Shown here: piece after piece, positions 1-12,570 of the stretch
How positions within the stretch are numbered: the first letter of the stretch is position 1
How the letters are laid out: every line of letters begins with the position of its first letter
Assembly: GCF_006345805.1 (NCBI RefSeq)
Contig: NC_043012.1
Coordinates: 24,056,001 to 24,120,000, forward strand
Source of the DNA: Octopus sinensis
Taxonomy: Eukaryota
Length of the DNA stretch: 64,000 nt
Reading direction: 5' to 3'
Made by a program: the position numbers and the translations under genes
Notes under the pieces: generated by a model
Seen by the model: only the letters and a program-made list of their open reading frames with translations
Databases searched by the model: none
Told to the model about the DNA's origin: nothing

Positions 1-2054
1 ACCATACCCAGACAATCACATGATGACAAGACAAAGTGACAACCATACCAAGACAATCACATGACGACAAGACAAAGTGACAACCATACCCAGACAATCA
101 CATGATGACAAGACAAAGTGACAACCATACCAAGACAATCACATGATGACAAGACAAAGTGACAACCATACCCAGACAATCACATGATGACAAGACAAAG
201 TGACAACCATACCCAGACAATCACATGATGACAAAAGACAAAGTGACAACCATAACCCGACAAAATCACATGATGACAAGACAAAGTGACAACCATACCC
301 AGACAATCACATGATGACAAGACAAAGTGACAACCATACCCAGACAATCACATGATGACAAGACAAAGTGACAACCATACCCAGACAATCACATGATGAC
401 AAGACAAAGTGACAACCATACCCAGACAATCACATGATGACAAGACAAAGTGACAACCATACCCAGACAATCACATGATGACAAGACAAAGTGACAACCA
501 TACCCAGACAATCACATGATGACAAGACAAAGTGACAACCATACCCAGACAATCACATGATGACAAGACAAAGTGACAACCATACCCAGACAATCACATG
601 ATGACAAGACAAAGTGACAACCATACCAAGACAATCACATGATGACAAGACAAAGTGACAACCATACCCAGACAATCACATGATGACAAGACAAAGTGAC
701 AACCATACCCAGACAATCACATGATGACAAGACAAAGTGACAACCATACCCAGACAATCACATGATGACAAGACAAAGTGACAACCATACCCAGACAATC
801 ACATGATGACAAGACAAAGTGACAACCATACCCAGACAATCACATGATGACAAGACAAAGTGACAACCATACCAAGAACAATCACATGATGACAAGACAA
901 AGTGACAACCATACCCAGACAATCACATGATGACAAGACAAAGTGACAACCATACCCAGACAATCACATGATGACAAGACAAAGTGACAACCATACCCAG
1001 ACAATCACATGATGACAAGACAAAGTGACAACCATACCCAGACAATCACATGATGACAAGACAAAGTGACAACCATACCCAGACAATCACATGATGACAA
1101 GACAAAGTGACAACCATACCAGACAATCACATGATGACAAGACAAAGTGACAACCATAGACACAGACCATCACATGATGACAAGACAAAGTGACAACCAT
1201 ACCCAGACAATCACATGATGACAAGACAAAGTGACAACCATACCCAGACAATCACATGATGACAAGACAAAGTGACAACCATACCCAGACAATCACATGA
1301 TGACAAACAAAGTGACAACCATACCCAGACAATCACATGATGACAAGACAAAGTGACAACCATACCCAGACAATCACATGATGACAAGACAAAGTGACAA
1401 CCATACCCCAATCACATGATGACAAGACAAAGTGACAACCATACCAAGACAATCACATGATGACAAGACAAAGTGACAACCATACCAAGACAATCACATG
1501 ATGACAAGACAAAGTGACAACCATACCCAGACAATCACATGATGACAAGACAAAGTGACAACCATACCAAGACAATCACATGATGACAAGACAAAGTGAC
1601 AACCATACCCAGACAATCACATGATGACAAGACAAAGTGACAACCATACCAAGACAATCACATGATGACAAGACAAAGTGACAACCATACCCAGACAATC
1701 ACATGATGACAAGACAAAGTGACAACCATACCCAGACAATCACATGATGACAAGACAAAGTGACAACCATACCAAGACAATCACATGATGACAAGACAAA
1801 GTGACAACCATACCCAGACAATCACATGATGACAAGACAAAGTGACAACCATACCCAGACAATCACATGATGACAAGACAAAGTGACAACCATACCAAGA
1901 CAATCACATGATGACAAGACAAAGTGACAACCATACCCAGACAATCACATGATGACAAGACAAAGTGACAACCATACCCAGACAATCACATGATGACAAG
2001 ACAAAGTGACAACCATACCCAGACAATCACATGATGACAAGACAAAGTGACAAC
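1..2054. repeat. Tandem satellite, 41-bp unit (ACCATACCCAGACAATCACATGATGACAAGACAAAGTGACA), ~50 copies, continues off the left edge
   Basis: Unit read directly, with the second copy starting at 42. Copies are near-identical, with a CCC/CCA variant and occasional 1-2 bp indels. No unique spacers. Confidence 0.98.
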
Positions 2055-2438
2055 AAATTACAAGACCCTTGGGTATATTGTTGCATATTACTGAGTGGCA
2101 TTCAACCAAGCTGTTTGCATTGTTAGGTCAAACATTGCCAAGGACAACTTGGCATTTCATCTTTTAGGGGTCAATGAATAAAGCACCAGTCAAAAATTGG
2201 CTTAATTTTTTTCACCTATTTTGTTCTTTCTTTCTCTTTGTCTCTTTCACTGCCTGTTTTTTTTTTTTTCTTGAAGAAATAGGCGAGGGTAAGATCTGCT
2301 GGAGATGGGTTCTTCCAAGTCTGATGGCACCAAAGACACACACACACATTCTGACAATAGCTCTCTAAAACTTCGTCAGGAGCTGGAAATCCAAAGTAAA
2401 GAGAATCTGTGTGTGTGTGTAATTATACCATATATATG

Positions 2439-2484
<46 letters not shown>

Positions 2485-2486
<2 letters not shown>

Positions 2487-2898
2487 CGTAGGAGTGGCTG
2501 TGTGGTAAGTAGCTTGCCTACCGACCACATGGTTCCGGGTTCAATCCCACTGCATGGCACCTTGGGCAAGTATCTTCTGCTATAGCCTCGGGTCGACCAA
2601 AGCCTTGTGAGTGGATTTGGTAGACGGAAACTGAAAGAAGCCTGTCGTATATATGTATTTATGTATGTGTGTGTGTATATGTTTGTGTGTCTGTATTTGT
2701 CCCTCAAGCATTGCTTGACAACCGATGCTGGTGTGTTTGCGTCCCTGTAACATTAGTGGTTTAGCAAAAGAGACCGATAGAATAAGTACTGGGCTTACAA
2801 AGAATAAGTCCCGGGGCTCGATTTGCTCGACTAAAGGCGGTGCTCCAGCATGGCCGCAGTCAAATGACTGAAACAAGTAAAAGAGTAAAGAGTAAGAG
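2485..2898 (+). mobile_element. tRNA-derived SINE, family A, full length
   Basis: Head GGAGTGGCTGTGTGG (A-box-like) and GGTTCAATCCC (B-box). Body shared with many other copies in the window. (GTAAAAGA)-type tail. Sits next to (TA)n. Confidence 0.9.
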
Positions 2899-3233
2899 TA
2901 TATATATATATGGGTATGAATAAACACACACACACACACACACACACTTACACATACACTAAGAACCTTATGTAACAAACCCACATGAAACTAATTCTTC
3001 ATGGATCTTACCTAACTCATTCAAATCTAAACACAGCAAAGTGAACCAACATCACCTCTGCCGCTACCACCATCTCCCCACCTCCCACCACTACCACCAC
3101 CACCACAGCTTGCTGTCCATTTGCATTAACCATTCTCCACCTTTCCCCTGCAAGAGTTCCTGTGTTTCTCACAGCAGGCGGTGTATACTTGCGCAGTAGC
3201 CAGTGCTAATGAAAACATTCAGTTGCCCATTAG

Positions 3234-3345
3234 ATCTCTTTGCTGGACGTAAAGGACATTGTGCCAATTCTTAGATGTTGCATGGAACCAGAGCAGGATG
3301 GTAGTTCCAAGACTGCTCTCCACCGTCAGAACAGCAGAACAACTG
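3234..3345 (+). CDS. Candidate internal exon, ISLLDVKDIVPILRCCMEPEQDGSSKTALHRQNSRTT; product unknown
   Basis: CTAAT branch-like site, cattag| acceptor, 37 open codons and a strong CTG|GTAAGA donor, in non-repetitive GC-richer DNA. No family recognised. Confidence 0.35.
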
Positions 3346-3701
3346 GTAAGAAATAGAGATAGAGTGTCTCTCTCTCTCACCACACATACATATGTATACA
3401 TACATACATGCAAACATACATACATACATACATGCAAACATACATATATACATACATACACCTATACATACATGCATACATACATACATACATACATGCA
3501 TGCATACATACATATTCATACATACATGCATACATACACACACACATATATACATACATACATACATACATATATATATATATATTCATACACACACACA
3601 CTACTGATATTGAAAACCAGATTATTTCCTCATACCTAAAGGTTTCATGCAGATATATCAATCAGTGAATATAAATGATGATGATGAGAGAGAGAGAGAG
3701 A

Positions 3702-3744
<43 letters not shown>

Positions 3745-3789
3745 CTACAGGACATGCAGTGATTTCATAGGCAAGCAAACCAAAGAAAA

Positions 3790-4440
3790 TGAGTTGGTCA
3801 TTTCATTGGTATCATGTGATGGTGATGATGATGATGATGATGATGATGATGGTGGTGTGGAGGGGTGGAGGGGTGGTTGTGGTGGTGGTAGGGCTTCTGG
3901 CTGAAGGAGAGAAAATTTATAACAACAAATAAACACCACTGGGGAAAGCAATGATAGAAGTCTATAGTAATAATCACTGAAATAATAATAATGATGATGA
4001 TGATGGTGGTGGTGGTGGTGGTGGAGGTGTAGTGGTTTGGGGGGTGATGGTGGTGAGGAGTCTGTTATTAATGATGATGATGATGGTGACCACGAGGAGG
4101 GGAGGTGATTGTGATGGTAGTGAGGAATCCATACGTGATGATGATGGTGGTGGTGGTGGAGGTGATAGGTGGAATCTGATGATGAGGATGATGGCGACAA
4201 TAATGGTTGTGGAGGAAGTGGTTGATGATGATCATCATCATCACTATCATGGTGGAGATGGTGATGGTGAAGGTGGTGATGATGACGATGATGGTGGTGG
4301 TGGTGATGATGATGATGATGGTGGTGGTGATGATGATGATGAAGGTGGTGGCAATGATGATGATGATGACAACAATCTGAACAACACTAATGAAAATGAT
4401 TATTAGCAGGATGATGATGATGAGGAGGAGGAGGAAGAGG
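3790..4440. repeat. Compound (GAT)n/(GGT)n low-complexity microsatellite field
   Basis: Runs of gatgat and ggtggt read directly. Confidence 0.9.
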
Positions 4441-5238
4441 AAATATCAAGAAGAAAAGGTGGAAAGATGGCAGTAAGCAAAGAAGTTTGAATAAAGAAGG
4501 AGAAGCTAATAAAAAGAACAGAGGGGGAGGGGGAACACAAAGAGGAAGAATGCAGAAAGGAGAAAGAGGAGGAGGGAAATGATCAGTTTCCAAAGGAAGG
4601 CAGTGGGCATTGGTCAGAGTGGGGGTTGTGTGTGGTGCGGGAGGGGGGGTAGCTCCGGCTGGTGGTCTGGACTATAACAATAAGGAAGGACTGTTGTTCA
4701 TATCAAAACATTTCATAAATTACACCAGACTGCATTAAGATAGTCAAGTAGGGAATTCTGACTGAAGATTGATGACTAAAGAGTGATGAGCAGCAACACT
4801 CAAATACATGTGTGAGTGTGTGTGAGTGTGTATGGTGATGAGGAAAGAAGTACCATCATCCATTATATGAGGAAATGTGGTCAAAGAAAGTAGGGGAGAC
4901 AACCCTTGAAATTAAATTGATAATAATTAATCACTAAATGCTGTGGGGGTGGGGTGGGGTGGGGGTGAATTTGGTCTTTGGGAGAAAAGTGACAATTCTA
5001 AGACAAGAGTAGAGGAGGGAGGAAGGACATGGATAGATAAATAATACATGGACACAAATGGATGGATGGATGGATGGATAAACAGGTAGATAGAAATAGA
5101 GAGATCATCATCATCATCATTTAACATCCGTTGTCCATGCTGGCATGGGTTGGACAGGTAGGTAAATAAATAGATACAGATAAACAGATACAGAAAAACA
5201 GATAGAAAGATGGATATATATATATATATATATATATA

Positions 5239-5614
5239 CTCTTTTACTTGTTTCAGTCATTTGACTGCGGCCATGCTGGAGCACCACCTTTAGTCAAGCA
5301 ACTCGACCCCGGGACTTATTCTTTGTAAGCCGAGTACTTATTCTATCGGTCTCTTTTGCTGAACCACTAAGTGACGGGGATGTAAACCCGCCAGCATCGG
5401 TTGTCAAGCAATGCTAGGGGGACAAACACAGACACACATACACACACACACACATATATATATACATATATACGACAGGCTTCTTTCAGTTTCCGTCTAC
5501 CAAATCCACTCACAAGGCATTGGTCGGCCCGGAGCTTTAGCAGAAGACACTTGCCCAAGATGCCACGCAGTGGGACTGAACCCGGAACCATGTGGTTGGT
5601 AAGCAAGCTACTTG
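5239..5614 (-). mobile_element. SINE family A, reverse orientation, head truncated
   Basis: Reverse complement of the 2485-2898 body, from the tail (ctcttttacttgtttcagtcatttgactgcgg) to gtaagcaagctactt. Confidence 0.9.
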
Positions 5615-6180
5615 AGAAAGAGGAGGAGGGAAATGATCAGTTTCCAAAGGAAGGCAGTGGGTATTGGTCAGAGTGGGGGTTGTGTGTGGTGCAGGGGGTA
5701 GCCCTGTCTGGTGGAGAGAGAGATTGGAAAGGAGTGGTGGAAAGGAGTGGAAGAGACAAATATTGTTGGAGAAAAAGTAGCAAAGATGGAGAAATGAAGC
5801 AAGCTTGACGTGTTGGATGTCAAATGTCAGCAGAGAGATTGGCCAGGTATTAAATGCATCTGCTGGTACATGCAGGAGATGCACCTCACCTGCATTGGTG
5901 CATGCTAATGGTGTAAATAAACTGCTATTGAATACTGGAAGATATGTGAAGAGAATTGGTAACGCCAAGAGGGAAAGAAAGGTCAACGGAAACAGAAAAA
6001 TTACAGTGTTGTGCTTTAGACTCATACCAGTTCTGACTGAGCACACTTATGGCTAAAGGCTTTCCAGCAGTGACCATCCCATTGGTTTTTGTTTCTTTTT
6101 TCCTTTTGCAAACTGTGTGGAGAACTATATCATGCAACATGTCTGACCATTTTGTTTTCATGTGATTAGAATATTTTGTT

Positions 6181-6407
6181 TCTTTATTACCCACAAGGGG
6201 CTAAACACAGAGAGGAGGACAAACAAGGACAGACAAGCGGATTAAGTCGATTACATCGACCCCAGTGCGTAACTGGTACTTAATTTATTGACCCCGAAAG
6301 GATGAAAGGCAAAGACGATCTCGGCGGAATTTGAACTCAGAACCTAACGGCAGACGAAATACGGCTGCGCATTTCGCCCGGCGTGCTAACGTTTCTGCCA
6401 GCTCGCC
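6181..6407 (-). mobile_element. tRNA-derived SINE, family C
   Basis: Reverse complement reads GGCGAGCTGGCAGAAACGTTAGC...GAGTTCAAATTCCGCC...CTTTCATCCTTTCGGGGTCAATAAATTAAGTACCAG, matching the copy at 38488. Confidence 0.88.
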
Positions 6408-6689
6408 TGCAAGAAAACATTGCAAGGTAGATTCTTCAAGGTGAGCTAACCAACAGGAAACCTTGGATAAGAAAAGAGATGCTTGGATAAAATCTGGGGA
6501 GTCAGTTGCTCATGCTTGGGAATCTAGCAGGAAAGTCCACTGATAGGACCCCATGGAGGGGAGGGGATGCCTGATGATCCTCCTAGGAATAGGGCAGAGA
6601 AACTGGATGGATGGATTGACTGTGAAGTGGCCAATTCTTGTTTAGTCTGATGCGCAAAGACAAATGAGATTAGGCCCAGTGACGTTCAG

Positions 6690-6855
6690 TCTCACAGAGG
6701 AGTGTAGAAGAGAACAAGAGGGAGTGTAGAAGAGAACAAGATAAAGTGGCAATGTGCAATATAGAAGAACATGGAGTAATGGACAAGATGAAGAGGAGAA
6801 GGAGGTGGTTGTGGCACATGAAGAGTAGACAGACTGACCGGTTCCAAAGCTTAGA
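6690..6855 (+). mobile_element. Decayed RTE-like LINE fragment (region C-terminal to the RT domain)
   Basis: IEEHGVMDKMKRRRRWLWHMKSRQTDRF resembles the RTE-clade 'RRLRWFGHV.R' motif. Assignment is from recall of the family. Confidence 0.45.
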
Positions 6856-6902
6856 AAAAACTACTGCAAAATTTTCTTTTTTAATTCTATTACTAAGGCA
6901 CA

Positions 6903-7570
6903 AATATGGCCACGTGGGTAAGAAGCTTGCTTTGCAACCCTGTGGTTTCAGGTTCCGTCCCACTGTGCAGTGCCTTAGGCAAGTGTTTTTCTTCTACTAT
7001 AGCCAGAGGCTGACCGATGCTTTGTTTGTGAATCAGGTAGATGGAAACTATGAGGAAGCCTGTTGTGTATGTGTGTTTGTCCTGCTCTCCACTGCTTGTC
7101 AACTGGTGTTGGTTTGTTTACATCCCTGTAATTTAGAAGTTCAGCAAACAGAAAAAGTGATAGATAGAATAAGTACCAGTACCAGACTTTAAAATAAGTC
7201 CTGAGATCGATTTGTTCAACAAAACCATTCAAGGAAATGCCCCAGCATGGCCACAGTCCAATGACTGAAACAAGTAAAACATCCAGCTGTACAAAAATCA
7301 CATACATGCCTATGTGGTAAGAGGTTTGCTTCCCAACCACATGGTTCCAGGTTCAATCCCAATCTGGGCACCTTGGGGAAGTGTCTTCTACCATAGTGCC
7401 CAGGCTAACCAAAGCTTTGTGAGTGCATGTTGTGAAAGGAAACTGAAAGAATCCTGTTGTAAATATATATCTGTATATAACTATGGTTGTGTGTCTCTTT
7501 GTGTTTATGTTTGTCTTCCACCACCACTTGATAACCAGTGTTGGTTTGTTTACGACCCCATAACTTCGCA
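6903..7570 (+). mobile_element. Two tandem, diverged family-A-like SINEs (about 6903-7280 and 7308-7570)
   Basis: Degenerate head and body motifs: aagaagcttgc...ttgggcaagtgtctt...ccagcatggccacagtc...gaaacaagtaaa. Confidence 0.75.
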
Positions 7571-8330
7571 GTTTGTCAAAATAAATAAATGAATAACATG
7601 GGATGATGGAAATTAAAAATTGTAAATGGTGAAACTCCCCGACTATTATGAGTGATGCAGTGGACATGGGAACCTAATGAAAACAATGAAACAAAAACCA
7701 AAATACAACAAGCAAAATTTGTTTATAAACAAAATAAAATATTTTAAGAACGAAAATATCGAACAGTTAAATGAAAATAAGTAAACAATGAAATCCATTT
7801 CATAACGCAGAGACACCATTAAAATGATGTTGGAGCCAATAAATGTGTACAACAAAAATTATTTAAAAATAACAAAAGGAAAAAAAAATAAACGAATATA
7901 AAAAAAAAAATGTTTTAAAAATACATGAAAATCATTAAAAGAATGAAGGGAACCTTTGAGAAATAATGATAAATCTACAAAAATAAATTAAATAGAAAAA
8001 ATTTTTTACTTGGAAACTTTTTAATTTTTTTAATTTTTTTTTTTGGAAAATATAAAAATTTAAAACATTTATGAAGAATTTCAAGTTGTAAAGTGGTTTT
8101 AATTCTATATGAAACAAAGAAATGATTTTTCTAAAGCAGAAATACAAAGGCACACACACACACACAAGAATTCTATGGTCATGAAAAAAAAAAAAAAAAA
8201 AAGAACAATAATGACAGAATTAAGAATGGTGATCCCACCTTTCAGTCTTCACCAAAAAAAAGCAAAAGCAAAAAAAGAAAGGAAAAACAGATGGACAAAG
8301 AATGCAAGAAGATCTGATTGATTCCTACAG

Positions 8331-8377
8331 AATTCTGGAGTGGTAGATGAAAGAACCTGGCTAATTTTTCAAAAAAG
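8331..8377 (+). CDS. Candidate exon, NSGVVDERTWLIFQK; product unknown
   Basis: ttcctacag| acceptor and AAG|GTGAAT donor. Its phase-2 end matches the next candidate exon. Confidence 0.35.
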
Positions 8378-8586
8378 GTGAATGAGCCTAAAATTGTCAT
8401 CCTCATCCCCATCATTATTGTATTAATGATGAAGGAGGAGAAGGAGTGTTGAAGTGTTGTTGAAGGGGTCAGTTTAAGAACTGCTTTGAGTAGGGATAAT
8501 TGGGAGGGCAACGATCTCACATCCCCTAAAGCATTCTTTCCCTAAGAAACCCTTAGATTCCTTATTTTACTCAATTGTATTTTCAG

Positions 8587-8626
8587 ACGGAATTCTGTCA
8601 GTGAACAGGTCACAGTCTCAAAGTGA
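8587..8626 (+). CDS. Candidate terminal exon, (R)RNSVSEQVTVSK*
   Basis: Strong acceptor (ttttactcaattgtattttcag|). Joining it to 8331-8377 gives ...LIFQKRRNSVSEQVTVSK*. Confidence 0.35.
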
Positions 8627-9639
8627 CAAAAATATTTTGGCAAATTAAATTTAAATGTTGAAGTGAAACTGAAGGTCTTTGTGGGTTTTTTTAAAAGGCT
8701 TATAAACACCTTCCACGCTGCAATTGTTTTCGTTCAAGCACACAATCTCAGATCAGGTCACTTGCTATGCAAGTACATCTCTGTATTTTTTAGAATTGAA
8801 TATTATAAGAAATTGTATAAAAATATTAAAATATTCTTGTGTATTGTAGAAGTATAACCAATTCACTTCACATAAATTTTTAACAATAAAATCTTGGACC
8901 TGTCCAGTTTGACTCACAGATTTAATTTTTCTTTAACTAAACAGTTTGAAACTTCGTATACTGGTGTAATTTCTCATGCAGAATATGGTTTACTTTGAAC
9001 ATTTTTGACAAAATTTCATATTTTAGAAGTTATTTCATGTAAAAGTTGTCGTAAAGACGATGCTACCTTTATCCTTTCTTCTGGCAGACAGCCACTTCTA
9101 GACTACTAACCAGCAAGTGAACTTGTCACTGCCAGTACAAATTACCATATTTTTAGATGTATAAGGCATTATTTTTTATCTGGAAAATTTAGGGTGCAGC
9201 TTATAGAGATGTACACCTAATATGTGTACATATTTTATAAGTTTCAGGAGGAGGAAAATAATTTGTGTATGGAGATCGACTGATTCCACTGAAGTTTTTA
9301 GAGGAATGGTCAGTTGGTGAACAACATGAAAAGACACACAAAAAAGAAAGAAGAAAGCAAAGGACCACTGATGAGGTCACAGAGTGTGATGCAAGAACTC
9401 TGGCCAAAATACAATTAATATAAAATAAAGCTGAAGCAAATGAACACCAAATATATAATGTGTGTGTTTTTATTGGCTAAACTGGCAACATGACCATCCC
9501 CAAATACAACAAAATCAGATCCATCAGACTGAATGAGAGATGGCCATTATCTGACAAGATGACAAAACCATCATCATCATCATGACACATACACAAATAT
9601 ATGCACACACACATCTGTGACCAATCCTCACCTGTTTCC

Positions 9640-10830
9640 GAGTAAGGTAAATTTTTCCCATGGCTGGGCACATTTTTCACAGAGTAGCAATAAACGACAT
9701 TGATTGCATAGCAGAGGAGCGCAATCATTCACAACTACCACCTGATATCACAAGACACACAGACAGACATACAGGTTATGCATTTGTAATCCAGGAACTG
9801 GAGACTTCCACAAAGTACCTGGTGAATAAGAAAGGCAGTGACGCTCTTGTAATTCCAAGGTGTAACCGCACGTGTAAGCTATGTCATGTTTCTGTGGAAG
9901 ACATCACACATGTGTTTAGCAGCTGTCCTAAAATGTCATCTCAGTACTACTTCCTTATGTGGCAAAAGTTTGTTGCTAAGACAATTTACAATGCCATCCG
10001 CAAAAAAGACTCCTGAAATAAACTTGAAAAATCCTACTGTTATGGAATACATTAATAAACACCAACTCAAGGAATATTACCGGAATATTCCCATCAAAAC
10101 TTCTGTGGCTGTGTGGTAAGTAGCTTGTTTACCAACCACATGGTTCCGGGTTCAGTCCCACTGCGTGACATCTTGGGTAAGTGTCTTCTACTATAGCCTC
10201 GGGCCGACCAAAGCCTTGTGAGTGGATTTGGTAGATGGAAACTGAAAGAAGCCCGTTGTATATATGTATATATATATGCGTGTGTGTGTTTGTGTGTCTG
10301 TGTTTGTTCCCCTAGCATTGCTTGACAACCGATGCTGGTGTGTTTATGTCCCCGTTACTTAGCGGTTCAGCAAAAGAGATCGAATGAATAAGTACTGGGC
10401 TTACAAAAGAATAAGTCCCGGGGTCGAGTTGCTCGATTAAAGGCGGTGCTCCAGCATGGCCGCAGTCAAATGACTGAAACAAGTAAAAGAGTATAACAGG
10501 CCGGATATTGCTGTTTGGGGTAAAGGGGCAAAGCTGACCTCTATGATATAACATCATAGAGGTCAGCTGTCCTGCAGCTACAAATATCTCTTTGAAAATC
10601 AAAGAAAAAGAGGATATCTATGGACAACTGCTTTGAAAGCTCCAGATTCTATATCCAGACTACGAATTCATATTCATATCAATGATAATTGCAGCACTAA
10701 GTTTTGTTACTGAATGTTTAAAGGAGAATCTGGGATTTTCAGAAAGTGAAATTGATCAGCTGATCCGTACAAGTGCAATCTGTGAGTGGAACAGTAAAAA
10801 TATGCAAGACTTTTCTCAAGTTCCAAATGT
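9640..10830 (+). mobile_element. Decayed 3' part of a non-LTR retrotransposon with a CCHC knuckle and restriction-like endonuclease (R4/Dong/NeSL-type), split by a SINE
   Basis: GYAFVIQELETSTKYL...CKLCHVSVEDITHVFSSCPKMSSQYY is a C-X2-C...H...C knuckle. After the SINE it continues NRPDIAVWG...IIEVSCPAATNISLKIKEKEDIYGQLL, the PD..(D/E)..K nuclease motif. Stops and frameshifts are present. Confidence 0.85.
10104..10492 (+). mobile_element. SINE family A inserted inside the LINE fragment
   Basis: Family A sequence lies between the LINE codons for ...PIKTS and NRPD.... Confidence 0.9.
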
Positions 10831-11519
10831 GAATTTGTCTGTGTTAACTACATTCCAAAGATGGAGCCTTGTATCTTTGATGGAAACCGGCTCCTTCCTC
10901 TGTGGAAGATTTATAATAATTTAAAAATGGAAGAGACATACATACTTCTTTCAGTGTATGTCTATCAAATCCACTCACAGGACTATGGTCAGCCTGGGTT
11001 TATAATAGAAGCTACTTTTCCAAGGCACCAAGCAGTGGGACTGAAATCAGAACCATGGAGTTGGGAAGCAAACCTCTAACAACACGGCTCCATCTGTGCC
11101 TCATCTGCATTTTCTTTTTCAATTCTTTCCAAATGGTATTCTTAATCTGCTGCTATCCAGACACATTCTATGCACAGGGTGTCATTTGAGAGAGACTTTT
11201 TATTTGCCTGCTATTTTTAGCAGGTCAAGCTATTGCATAGAGGTTCCCTCGGATTACAATGAAGTTTAAATATTGGGTTGAAACAACAATGTCATCTGGT
11301 ACATTCTTCTTTCAAGGATTTTTGTTTCCTACATCAAATGATATGAGAATGCTATTGGCTTTGGTTGACGAAGAGACAGAGATAAATTATTCATAAGACT
11401 TTATTGAAAAATTTCTTTAAAGACACACACACACACACACACATTTATATATACATATAGATATGTGTGTGGATTAATGGATGGATATACATATGCATAT
11501 TCATACATACATACATATA

Positions 11520-11553
<34 letters not shown>

Positions 11554-12456
11554 CCCCAAAAATACATACATACAAACACACACATACCTAAGTTTTAGTG
11601 TTGTTGTTGTTGTTTAGCCCCAGATCAGATAATCTCTGGTCAAGAAGATTTATGATTAAAGACGTTCCAGTCATAACCATCCTTTTCTAATTTTCTTTAA
11701 AGTTTCCGAGTACCCAAATTTCTCTAAAATCTCCTTTTTAAGATATTAGGGGTGTAATTTAAGGGGCGGGGTGGGGGGATTTAACTCATATTTCTAACAG
11801 GTTAAATAATAGTTATACAGAGTGGAGTCCCTGGTTGGTGTTGGTTAGGGTTAGGGTTATAATGTAGAGTCAACTGGTACATTTCTTTCAAAGAGCTTTT
11901 TCTACATCAAATAATAGAGGAATGCCATTGGCTTCAGTTCACTAAAAGATATTGATATTTCATTGGTAGATATTGAGAAATTTCTTTGGATATATTTTAA
12001 TATGATCCTAATGTTGATGCGCATTTAGCTCCAGGTCAGCTTGGATCAAGCAGAACTATTATCAAAGGCATTCCAGCCATGACCATCCCGTCCATTTTTT
12101 TTTTTACCGGTAGCATGGTGTGGTTTTGTTGAATGGCGTGTTTCTTTGATGCATAAAGTTAGAGAATATGTGATGTGTTTCGCATATTTTGTATTTCTGT
12201 TTGGTGTTTTGTTTTGTTCTCAGTCGCCTGATCCAATCCTGTTTCCTCACCTTCCCAACTTCAAACCGATATTCACCATTGACCACGCCTCCAACCAAGT
12301 TCGCCATACACTTTATTCACCTGTCATTCTTCGTTCACACTTGCAATTTTTACCTATCCATTCACCCAGGACAGGATTAAGACCCATAGAGGCCTTAAGA
12401 ACTTAAAAGATTTTTGTGCCTCCTTATCTTTGTAATTAAAAATACAAACAACACTA

Positions 12457-12497
<41 letters not shown>

Positions 12498-12500
<3 letters not shown>

Positions 12501-12570
12501 CCTAATAAGTAGGAAGGTAGATAAACCACTACCTGAAGGCGTTTGTGGTTTATCTACCTTCCTACTTATT

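Noticed and set aside
1211-1411. ORF in the satellite
   Set aside because: It is a translation of the 41-bp repeat.
1-2054. CRISPR array
   Set aside because: These are head-to-tail identical units with no unique spacers, there are no cas genes, and the context is eukaryotic.
2277-2395. Exon DLLEMGSSKSDGTKDTHTHSDNSSLKLRQELEIQ
   Set aside because: The open frame cannot be reached from the good acceptor at 2276, there is a competing internal donor, and the phase does not match the next candidate. Too ambiguous to call.
2485-2560. tRNA gene
   Set aside because: The A/B boxes belong to SINE heads. There is no full cloverleaf and the sequence continues into the SINE body.
3259-4406. Long ORFs rich in H/T/Y/I, C/V/M or poly-D/G
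   Set aside because: They are microsatellite translations and are open on both strands.
9145-9230. pogo-like transposon terminus (also about 24790-24842)
   Set aside because: The resemblance is weak and I found no matching partner end or TSD.
11843-11860. Interstitial telomeric repeat
   Set aside because: Only two TTAGGG units, which is expected by chance.
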